The position numbers and the translations under genes are program-made. 64,000 bases of DNA. Source: Vitrella brassicaformis CCMP3155 (Eukaryota > Protista > Chromerida). The notes beneath the pieces are model-generated. The model did not search any database. It worked only from the letters and a program-made list of their open reading frames with translations, and was not told the DNA's origin. Where the stretch lies: contig CDMY01000376.1 in assembly GCA_001179505.1 (NCBI GenBank), positions 390,399-454,398 of the forward strand, read 5' to 3'. Shown here one piece after another: positions 27,134-37,952 of this stretch. Within the stretch, counting starts at the first letter, position 1; each line of letters starts with the position of its first letter.

Positions 27134-29595
27134 ATAAAGAGGAGCCTGCAGACCTACTCAGTGGAGGACTCGCGGAAGAACAGATATAGGTTCCAGGTGC
27201 ACACCAAGATAGCCGACATCAAGAAGGGTAAGGGAGGGAGGACATAAAAGGAGGCAGGCCATGCGGGCTGGGCTGGGCCGGCGGGGCGCCAGGGCCTGCC
27301 TCACTGCTGGCGTGTGCTGTGTGTGACTGTCGTGACAATATGTATGTACAGAGGTATGGGACAGGTGTGTGTCCGAGACGGACAGCCCGTTCGTCGAGTA
27401 TGACTGGCTCTACTCACTGGAAGAGTCCAACTGTGCATGCGAAGGCACAGGTAAGCCGTCAAGTCAGATAAGGGCAGGAAGGAGAAGGGCAGGGCAGACA
27501 AGGCGGGCGATGCTGCCTGCTCGCGTGTCTATCTCTCTGTCAGGTTGGGCGCCGTTTCACCTGACTGTCCACGAGGAGGAGGCACCCGATGATGACATCC
27601 TCGCCGTCGTGCCCCTTTACATCAAAACGGTCAGTGAGTGAGAGGGGACAGCCCTTCGGCCAGCTGTGGCGTTTCTGTTGTGTGTGTGTGTGTGTGGCAA
27701 TGCAATGCAGCACTCGAACGGTGAGTACATCTTCGACCATTCATGGGCGGACTTCAGCTACTCCAACGGAATCCCCTACTTCCCCAAGCTGCTCTGTGCC
27801 GTCCCATTCACCCCGGCAGGCGGGGCGCGCATACTCATAAGGCCCTCATACACGGACGAGAGAAACTTCCTCAGGTTTTTAACTAAGACACACACGAGGA
27901 ATGACTGAATGCATCAATCAATTGTCGTGTTGTTTGTGTCATCTCATCCATTATCTTAATGAATGAATGGTCAGGAGGATCATAGCGTCGTTCATGCGCA
28001 AGTTGGCAGAGGACTCCAACATATCCTCTGTGCACGTCAACTTCTGCACTCAAGAAGAGGTCGGCGGAGCGGAAGGACACACACAACCAACTATCGACCC
28101 ATCCATCCATCCATCTGTGTGTCGTGCATGGCCGGCCATGTGTGTGGGCGTGGCGTGCGTCATTCCATGTGATGCCATGTGATGTGTGTGGTGTATAGGG
28201 TGAGTCTCTGGAGGCGGTGGGTTACATGCCTCGCAAGAGCACGCAGTTCCACTGGCGGAACTACAACAAGGACACCGGCCAGAGATACACCAGCTTCGAC
28301 GAATACCTCAGCATGTTCAAGGTGAGTTGGGTGCGGTGTGGTGCACCACACACACACACACAGAGAGAGAGCGCGATGCCACAATCCACCCATCCATCCA
28401 TCCACCCACACTGGTGGGGTGGGTGTGCGTGTGGTGCCACCAGGGCAAGAGGCGGGGAGCCATCAAGCGTGAGAGGCGAGCCGTCTACGAAAAAGAGGGG
28501 TGCGAGCTGGTCGTACTCAGAGGTAGGTACACAGAGGTCCAGTCCAGTCCACCTCACACACACACACACGCCACCAACCGCCATGCCATGCCATGCGTGT
28601 GCTGTGCGTGCCTCTGTGCCCTTTGCAGGTGACGACATAACCCCGGCTTTGTACAGGACGGCCTTCGAGCTCTACAAGACCACCATCGATAAGCTCATCT
28701 GGGGCAGGCAGTACCTCTCAGTGCGATTCTTTGAGCTGCTTCAAGAGACGGGGTGGGGGAGGCGGAACCTGTGTCTGATCCTGGCCAAGAAGGACGGCCG
28801 CATCGTCGCCGGCACCATCAATGTCGTGAAGGCAGGGCACTTCTACGGGCGGTACTGGGGGGCCTTTGAGGTGAGGGAGGGGGCAGATGGGATGGATGAG
28901 CGGGGGCTGGATCAGCCTGACACACACAAGTATGGATGTGTGTGTGTGTGTGTGTGTGTGGCCTCTGTGTGAGTAGTTTGTGAAGAATCTTCACTTCGAG
29001 ACGTGTTATTACAAGTCTGTCGAGTACTGCATACAAGAAGGTCGGTTGGTTGGTCGGTCAGCAAGCCCGCCCGCCATGCACGCACATCCCATACCATCAT
29101 CCATCCCTCCATCCCTCCCTGCGCCTGTGTCTGTGTGGTGTGAACTTGATATACCTTACAGGTATTGATGCGATGCAGCCAGGCGCTGGAGGGGGCGACT
29201 TCAAATTCATGAGGGGCTACGACCCCGCCATCTGCCACTCATCGCACTTCATCGTCAGACCTGAACTAAGACGAGGTCAGTATGCAAGCCACAACACACC
29301 ATCAACACGCACAAGAGCACAGAGACACTCACTCTGTGCTGTCGACTCGACTCGACTCGACTGGACTCGACTTGACTGTACAGCGATACGTGCGTTCCTT
29401 GAGATGGAGCGTGACAGGGTGCAGATGGTGGCAGACGAGCTCAACGAGAAGACCAAGGTGAGGGGGGCCGACCGGTCACAGACCGCCGCACAGGCGGCCG
29501 TCACAGACGACCAGGAGGAAGAGCGAGACGGCTATGAGAAAAAGGGCAGCGAGGCGGGCAGGGAGGGGAGGGAGGGGAGGAGAGAAGAGACATAG
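26819..29595 (+). CDS. FemAB-like / DUF482 ('peptidoglycan biosynthesis/recognition') GNAT-fold protein with putative bipartite plastid leader
   Basis: YDWLYSLEES, GWAPFHL, VVPLYIK, HSNGEYIFDHSWA...YFPKLLCAVPFTP, QFHWRN...SFDEYL, FYGRYWG, LHFETCYY, QPGAGGGDFKFMRGY. First exon is hydrophobic and followed by PAFF. Confidence 0.88.
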
Positions 29596-30063
29596 GAGAG
29601 AAAGGACATGACGTGAGGTGACGTGTTGATGTGGGTGGGGTGCCGAAGCAATGGTATGATGTGGTGTGGTGTAGAATAGGCACGTTGGTCACTCACTGGT
29701 CACGCTGGTGAGTGCAGTGCGTGTATGTGGTGTGGTGTGCTGCCATTTAGTGGGGTGGGTGGGTTGATCAGATCAATGCATGAATGCTCTTATTGCTACT
29801 GGTATGTATGTATGGTGCGTCTTGTGTTGTGAGACAGACAGACTGGTTTTGACTTTTGGTTCCCTCCCTCGACAAATGAATCAGTCAAGTCCCATATGAA
29901 TGCAATGCAATGCAATGCATGGATGTCACTCACTCCCCACTCCACTAACACCGACCGCACAAAACAACCACATACATACCCAACGACACACGCCATGCCG
30001 TATGTATCGACACACACTCACGAAGACCCCACCTCAACTCAACGCGCACGTCAACCAAGTCAG

Positions 30064-32821
30064 TCAGGCGAAGTTTTTGAATGGGTTCCCACCGGTGCGT
30101 TCCAGCACCTCAGCCAACTCCAGGAATCTTTCTTCTTTCTCGTCCAGCTCAGCCGACACCTCACCCAACTGCCCCCACAAGGCACTCAGCTCGCGACCCG
30201 ACGCACCGCCGCCATCGATGGTCTGCTGCAAAGCCTCCTGCCGCCCCCTCAGCTGCTGGATAAGCTTAGGCAGGAGGTTGACCTCTTTCTTCTCCGCATT
30301 GCTCAGGGACGACTTGACGTTGACATTATTGGCTAGCGCTGCCGCTGCCGCTGCTGCTGGTGCTGCTGCTGGTGCTGTGGATGTCTCGCTGTGTCTGGCG
30401 GCTCTCTTGCTGTCTTTCCTGTCGGCCTCCTTCTCCATCTTCTGCTTTTCCCGAAAATAGTCCATGAACTCATCGAATGAGCAGTCATAGCGGCGGATGA
30501 TGCCGTCGCCTTCGAATGAGAAGAGAGTGTCCGTCGTCCGGTCCACAAACGCACGATCTGCGTATGGATGGTGTACATCCGTTCATCGGCTGGGCTGTGC
30601 TGGGCTGTACGTGTCGATGTGTTGTGTATGTGTGTACTTAGCTACCATGTGAAGCGATGACAACCACACCAGGAAAGGTCTCCAAAAAGTCTTCGAGTGC
30701 AGAGATGGTCGCCAAATCTGACAAAACACCACCAGCCTGCCCGTGTCTCTCTCTCTCTGTCATCTCTCTTCACTCACCGAGGTCGTTTGTGGGCTCGTCG
30801 AGCAGGAGAAAGTTGGGCTCCTTGACCAGCACCGACAGCAGCTGCAGCCTTCGCTTCTCCCCGCCGCTCAGCCGATCCACATAGTCATACCACCGGGTAG
30901 ACGGAAACTGGAACTTGTTCAGCAGCACACGGACCCTCTCTTGCCGGCCTTCCAGGCTGCTCATGGCCGGAGACCCCACACCGAAACCAGAGCCACCTTG
31001 CGATGATGCGTCGGCGGGCGTGCCGAGGTCCGACAGTTCCGATACCAAAAAGTCGAACAGGCGTGTGTTTGGCGGGAAATCGAGACCCGATTGGCTGTAG
31101 TAGCCGAAGCGGACTGTCTGGCCGACCTCCACATGGCCTGATGTGAGGGGCTGCTGGCCGGTCAGGGTGCGGCAGAATGTGGTCTTTCCACAGCCATTTT
31201 TCCCGACCAATGCAATTCTGTCGCGGGGCGCAAACTGCCACACGCACACACACGCTAACACAAAGAGATGACAGCCAGACGACACTGTGAGTCGGAATGC
31301 TCTCCCTGTTGACCTGGTAGGTGAATCCATCGAGTATGGTCTTGTCATCGAAGGCCACCGTAGCGTCCTCAAAGGCCACGATGAAGCTGCCGAGCCGCTG
31401 GGACGCCTTAACGCTGCTCAACGCCACCGTCTGCCTCGACGTCCTCTGCGTCTCCAGCCCCTCCTTGACCTTCGTCTTCAGCTCCTCCACCTCTAGCAGC
31501 CGCAGCTTCGATTTTCGCTGCCGGGCTTTGGCGCCGCGTCGCAGCCACAGGATCTCCTTCTTGAGCCTTGACTGAGCCGATGCCAGTTGTGCCAGCTCGT
31601 TCTCCTCTATTTTGGCCTTTTCTCGAAGATAGTAGGCGTAGAGCGAGCCCTCGTAGCTGCCCTGGTAGACGTAGAGATCCTTCATGTCGATCTCGAAGAC
31701 GTGGCTGGCGACCTTGTCGAGGAATGCCCGGTCGTGTGTGGCGATGAGCACCGCCATGTCGCCCGCTGCCACTGTCCTCTCCAGCCACTCGATGGCGAAG
31801 AAATCCAGGTGGTTTGTCGGTTCGTCCAGCAGCAGCACGTCCGGCCTTCGGATGAGTGCCGACGCCAGCGCGACGCGCTTCCTCTCTCCGCCAGAGAGGT
31901 CCGATAGCAGCCGGTGCTTCAGCCCCTTGATGTCAAGCCCCTCGAGAACCTGGTCGATGTACGTCTGGACGGACCAGGCTTCCTCTGCCTCCATCTCTTT
32001 CAGTGCCCTCTCCATTGCAGCATTTGCCCTCATCCTGTCGTCTACCAGGTGGGCTGATGAGCCTGGATCATCCTGATGCATCCTGGCTTCGACGCCTTCG
32101 AGCTGCTGCAGCGTGTCGTAGTAGCGCCTCACTGTGGCGAGTATGGGCACGTCGGCTGACCAGATTGCGTCTTCGACGGTGGCCACACTCATGCTGATGG
32201 GACCAGAGGGGCCTTTCAGTGACACACCATGCACCAGAGGGTCCTGCTCCACCTGGACACACACACACACACGCGCAGACAGGCACACGCAGAAACACAA
32301 GTGAATGCCTCACACGAGCGCCAGCTGCTGCCTTGTTTGTGTTTGCTTACGTAGACAACTGAGCATTGCCCTTGACGCTGCACTGTCCCCTCATATCCCT
32401 CCCTGTCGGCCAATACGCGCAATAATGTGGACTTGCCGCACCCATTCTTGCCCAGCAGAGCCACTCGCTGCCCTTTGTTCAGCGAGAAGCTGAGATCCTT
32501 GAACTGATAGGTCTCGCCATCATTGGCCTTGCTGAGGTCCTTGACGACGATAAGCTCTGGCCCTGTCTGAGCCACGACAGCGTCCGCCATCCTGATGCCG
32601 ACTCTGCTGCTGGTGCTGCTGCTGCTGCTGTGCATTGGCCGCCGATGCAGATGGGGCACACGACGCAGTAGCCTGATGGGTGTGACGAAAGATGCTGGAG
32701 GCGTCCATCGCTGGGCAGCATGATAGGCTTCGCATCGCCAGCGCCAGAGGAAGATGAATAGCCATGACGTTGCGCGGATGAGATCTACCCACACCATCGC
32801 GATGAGAACGAATTTGAACAT
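30064..32821 (-). CDS. ABC-F family ATP-binding protein (Uup-like) with bipartite plastid leader
   Basis: Two NBDs ([28 protein letters not shown]; [27 protein letters not shown]), no transmembrane domain, C-terminal coiled coil. Leader [26 protein letters not shown]...ASFV. Confidence 0.92.
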
Positions 32822-32852
32822 TTCCTTCCTGCTCAGAAGTGCAAGTCGGTCC

Positions 32853-32874
32853 AGGGTTTAGGGTCTAGGGTTCA
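32853..32874. repeat. Three telomere-like heptamers (AGGGTTT AGGGTCT AGGGTTC A) just upstream of the ABC-F start
   Basis: Read directly: agggtttagggtctagggttca. Confidence 0.6.
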
Positions 32875-33062
32875 TAGGCCGACGAAGGGCGGACCGGCGT
32901 CGACGACAGACGCGCATGACACGTATTGAATACAATACACGCACCAAAAGGTCTCTCTCGCTGTTATGAATGCATGCAGCCATGCACTGCACGCACTGCA
33001 CCAGGCTATCTATGTCACACCCAGCGGAAGACAGATCTCAGTCGACCGACTAACGCACTCAC

Positions 33063-34517
33063 TCACAATCGGAATCCGAATATCCCTCCGATTATTCTCA
33101 AGATGAAATTGCCGAACCGGCCGAACATCCGCACCATGGTCCGCAGGGCCGTCAGGTAGAGGGCGTTCTTGACTATCCGCCCCGCCATCTGCACCATCGG
33201 GTTGCTGAAGATCTCACTCAGTGCCTTGGGCAGGCTCGGCTGGGGAGGTGGCACATTGCCCTGCCCACCGCCCGTCGGCCCTCCCGCCCCCGGCTGCTGC
33301 TGCTGCTGCTGCTGCTGTCCGGCCCCCGCCTGCCGGAAGAGGTTCTCAAAGAGACCTTGGAAGGGCGGCGGGACGCCCGGGCCTCCACCCATGCCACCGA
33401 AGGGCTGCTGAGGGCCACCGAAGCCGGCTCCTGCTGGGCCCAGGTCCCTCTCTCCCACCTGCTGCTGGGTGGTGCGGCCGTCGGGGGTGCGTGTGGTGAG
33501 GATGGTCTGCTCGATCAGACGGCCGTCACGCTGGATGATGACCCGCTGGTAGGAGGTGGATGAGGCCCCCATGCCGTTGAACCCACCCATGCCCATCCCC
33601 GGCATGCCGCCGGGGAAGCCGCCCATGCCGGGCATCCCAAACGGACCTCTCATCCCCCGCAGACCCCCAAATAATCGCATGAGCTCCTCGAGCTCAGCTT
33701 GGTTGACGCGACCGCCGAAAGCCCCCGGCCCCCTCCCTCCCGCGCCTCTGGCCCGCATGGCGGCCGAGAGGATCTCCTGGAGAATCTGATTGACACTCCT
33801 GTTGCCGAACATCTGGCGGAAGATGGCCTCGGCCTCCTCGGGAGTCATCCGGTGGCCGCCGGGGAACCCGCCAGGGAAGCCACCTGGGAAGCCGCCTGGA
33901 AAGCCCTGCGCACCTCCAGGGAAGCCTTGGGCGCCGCCTGGGAAGCCGCCTCCGCCACCTCCCATACCCGCACCGCCCCCTCCGAAGCTGCGGAACGAGT
34001 CGTATTGGCTGCGCTTGTTGCTGTCGGAGAGGCACTCGTATGCCTCGGCGATGTTGCGGAAATTCTTCTCGGCCTCTTCGCGCTTGTCGGGGTTTCTGTC
34101 TGGATGCCACTGACAATGACACGACACACACAGCCAACCCAACGCACACACGGACAGCAAGCAGACACATGAGGGCCAGAAAAGGCTTGCGGACATGAGA
34201 GCTGCAGGCATGTGTTGTCATCATATACCGACCTGAAGTGCGAGTTTTCGGTAGGCCTTCTTGATGTCGTCTTGACTGGCTCCCCTGTCGACGCCAAGAC
34301 GTTCATAAAAGTCTTCAGAAGATGTGTTGGCGAACCACCGGTGCTGTGTGTGCGGCACCCGCGCCCTGCTGGCGATGATCCTCCGGAAGGACGGCAGCGC
34401 AGCGCACGCCGAAAGAGCGCGAACGCCACCAAATAAAACGGGCAGCGCAGCGCCATGGGTATGGGTCAGCAGCGGTGCTGCATGCCGCTGCAGGACATAC
34501 CGCAGCTCTCTTCTCAT
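33063..34517 (-). CDS. J-domain (DnaJ-like) protein with mitochondrial-type leader, GFPG repeats and amphipathic C-terminus
   Basis: [27 protein letters not shown] / intron 34110-34232 / WHPDRNPDK...[13 protein letters not shown]. Leader [17 protein letters not shown]...RWFAN. No zinc-finger region. Confidence 0.88.
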
Positions 34518-34752
34518 TGTCTTGATCTTGGGAAACAGTTGCTGAGCATCGCTCCTTCCACCATCGAAAGCCTTCTCACAGCTGAAGAAGTCTGATTTCT
34601 CAGTGTCACTCAGAAGCCCTTTGTGAAGACAGAGGCTATTAAGCTCGCGTTCCGATCGCTCCTCGGCGGAAAAAAGCTTGTAACGAATTGAACTGCGCAG
34701 GGCGTGGGTCAGGCAGGCAGGTAGCGAAACAGGATCGAAAAAGGGATTGTAA

Positions 34753-37645
34753 ATGGCGGTTTCTGTGCGGGTATCGTCGACGGTGCTGGCGGCCCCTCGA
34801 GGCACCCTGGCTCTCGTCCAGCGTCTGCCGACGGCCCCCCGAGGCGCCTCCGCCTCGAATGATTCATCGCAATCATCTCACTCTCTGTGGGGAGTTATGA
34901 AGCGAGGACGTTATTCAGGCCGAGATCTGCTTAGGACTGCTCCTCACTGCCGCACTGGCAACGCCAAAGTGGCATTTGCACGCATTATTCAGCAGCAGGT
35001 GACGGAGGGCACTACACTCATGGCTGGATGGATGGATGCCTGTGATTGATTCCTCCTGTTGACTCATGTGCAGGGCCGGTATCACCGGTTCTTCAGCTCA
35101 GCGTCGTCTGCCTCGCCAGCCATGGCTGATGAGCAGGCTGTAGGCGCTTCCCCGACAGAGGAGGCGGCGGGCCATGAGCGTGGCGATGAGGCGGGCAGCG
35201 AGGGTGCAGCGAGTGATGCGGTGGCTGAGCCTAAGCAGAACAAGCGGCTGCTGTCGTGGGCGAAGCGCAGGGCTGACTCGTGGCTGCAGAAGGGATGGCT
35301 GCTCCAGTAAGTCAACACAGACAGACAGACCCATTCATGACGCCTGTCTGTCTGTCTGTCTGTCTGTCTTTTGGGGNNNNNNNNNNNNNNNNNNNNNNNN
35401 NNNNNNNNNNNNNNNNNNNNNNNNNNNNNNNNNNNNNNNNNNNNNNNNNNNNNNNNNNNNNNNNNNNNNNNNNNNNNNNNNNNNNNNNNNNNNNNNNNNN
35501 NNNNNNNNNNNNNNNNNNNNNNNNNNNNNNNNNNNNNNNNNNNNNNNNNNNNNNNNNNNNNNNNNNNNNNNNNNNNNNNNNNNNNNNNNNNNNNNNNNNN
35601 NNNNNNNNNNNNNNNNNNNNNNNNNNNNNNNNNNNNNNNNNNNNNNNNNNNNNNNNNNNNNNNNNNNNNNNNNNNNGGGGGGGGGGGGGGAAGCGTAGGA
35701 TGCCTGAGATGCTTGTCGACTGGTATCAGAAGGTCCGGGCCGATGAGGCGGCCGCGAAGGTAAGCAAGCAACGCGGGAATGCATGACGAGAGGATACATA
35801 CATACATGGTTGTCGGGTCTGTCGGCCATTCCATTAATGCATTGCTTTCCCTCCCTCTTGTCAGTCAGAGCGGTTACGCAAGCGCGCCAGGGGCGCCCTT
35901 GAGAAGGCCATGAAGACTCATGGGTATCTATCACTCTATGGAACGAACACATACCAACCAACTCTTGCATGCATTCGTCCATCACGCCACGCCCTCTATG
36001 TGCTTGATGTGCTTGTGTGTGTGTCAGTGAGGCCGAGCCAGCGAATCTGCTGCAGTGGTACGAGATCCACCGAGAGAGGGTCCGGAAACAGAACATCATC
36101 ACCAAGGTTGGTGAGCGATTAAAGCTGGCGACAGAGAGTGAGTGAGCTGTGTCGACGGCGGCTGTGTGTTCTCTTATCGTCAGGCACGGCGCATCAGGAA
36201 GCGGCGTGCGCTGCAGCTGTGGCTGGACAACGTCAAGCTGTCCGAAGCCAAGTGAGTAGCGTAGTCAGTGAGCAATGGAGGGAAATAGATCGGTCTCGTG
36301 TGTCCTCTCGGCCTATCTCTCTGCTGTCCATCCATCCATCCATCCATCCATTCAGGAACGAAGCAGCTGACAAGGGTGTGGATACGGACGACTGGTCCGA
36401 CCAGCAATTCATAGACTGGTAAGGCAGGCAGGCAGGCCGCCTGCTCGTGGTAGGAGCTGATAGCATGGCGGCCGTGCACCACACGTGAGAACACACACAT
36501 CCATCGTTATACGTGGCTACCATCAATGCCTCCCTCTTCTGTCTGCAGGTGTCTTGGTGAGCGGCGCGCTGCGTACGACGAGAAACAGCGGAAGCGGATG
36601 CTCTCGACGGCGAGACGAGTTCTCCGAAGGAGATGTAAGCACCGAAACATACACACGCATTGCATGTATCTGTGAAGGAGGGACCAACCTGTTGTGTGTG
36701 TGTGATCGCTCATGTCTGTCCCCAGTCGATTCGGGTGAGGTTGATTTGGACCCCGAGGAGGCGGCTGAGGAGCAGATGCTGGCCTGGTACCGGGAGGACA
36801 AACGGCAAAAACTACTCCAAAGGGTATATAACATGAAAGGAAGGGAACCAACACTCGGTGGAGGTGTCTGTCGTTCATCGTGTCCATCTGGCTGGGCTGG
36901 GCTGTGCTGTGCTGTGCTGTGCTGTGTTGTGTGTATCCGTCTGTGTGTGCGTGTCTGTCCGTCTGTATGTGCAGGCGACCTCAGCAGGGAGGCGCGTGTC
37001 CAAAAAGTGTGAGAAAGATGGCACAGACCCCCCCATTGACATGGTAATCAATCATTCATTCAACCACACACGCCAACACACCACGAACCACCACACGAGG
37101 CGTCCACACAATTCTCTGCTGCTGTGATCTGATCTGCTTCTCTCGGCCTTTCTGCTGCCGCCTGCCTGCCTGCTTGTCTTGCTCAGAGCAATGCGCTTGA
37201 CGACGATGTGCTGCAGTGGTACAACACGGTCGTCCGACACAAAGAGGACCTACTCATCATAGAGGCCGACAGACTGGTGCGACAAGAGGAGGTAATGAAT
37301 GAATGCAATGCACGGACTGGACTGACTGGACAGACAGACGCAGCCAGACATACCACGTCACGTAATTTGGTCTCTCTGTCCACTGCATGCTTGCAGGAAG
37401 AGCATCAACACCACCAGCACCAGCACCAGCACGAGCCAGCGGCGAGCGAAGAAGAGCATCAGCATGCCTCCCAGCCCACCCACACACAGCCACTTCATCA
37501 GGAGAGGGCGCCAGTCAGCCTCAACGACCAGCCCAAGGACATCTGGGTGGGCGAGGAGGTGCTGCGGTCAGACGACGGTGACAAGTCTGCCAGGCAGCCG
37601 GCAGAGCAAGACAATGGCGGTGTGCAGATGCAGGCGCGGCACTAG
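34753..37645 (+). CDS. Hypothetical protein with mitochondrial-type leader and repeated L-x-W-Y helical units; spans an assembly gap
   Basis: Exon 1 [17 protein letters not shown]...QQQ splices in frame to [12 protein letters not shown]. About ten small GT-AG exons give an open frame on each side of the gap, to stop 37645. Confidence 0.65.
35377..35676. other. Assembly gap (300 N) flanked by poly-G
   Basis: N run. Confidence 0.99.
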
Positions 37646-37952
37646 AGGGAGGGACTGCATGAGCGCGAGACTCTTACGCACATTTCAGACATATACATAC
37701 ATACATGCTGTGGATGAACAGACGCTTTGCAATGCAGTGTGGTCATGTTCCTGATGTTGCGGGACGTGCATTGCATTGAAACCCGCACCAACACACGACG
37801 AAAAGGCCCCTTCGCGCCGATCCGCGAGCTCGCACCCTCAGAGAGCCCTTCGGCATCGCAGAGACCTCATGGCCCGGCCTCCTTGACAGATCCCCCGAAA
37901 GAAGCGCCTGATCTGTCTGTTCGTGTGATCTGATCTCCCCTCTGGCCAGAGA

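Noticed and set aside
21484-32821. Bacterial contamination or recent operon transfer (lepA, DUF482, uup-like)
   Set aside because: All carry many spliceosomal introns and eukaryotic targeting leaders and lie on mixed strands.
34518-34805. Longer N-terminus for the DnaJ gene (ORF start 34805)
   Set aside because: It would overlap the divergent gene starting at 34753. Met 34517 begins a convincing mitochondrial leader.
35690-37300. Sfi1 (centrin-binding) repeats in the W-Y protein
   Set aside because: Trp spacing (42-60 aa) is longer and more irregular than Sfi1 repeats, and the leader looks mitochondrial.
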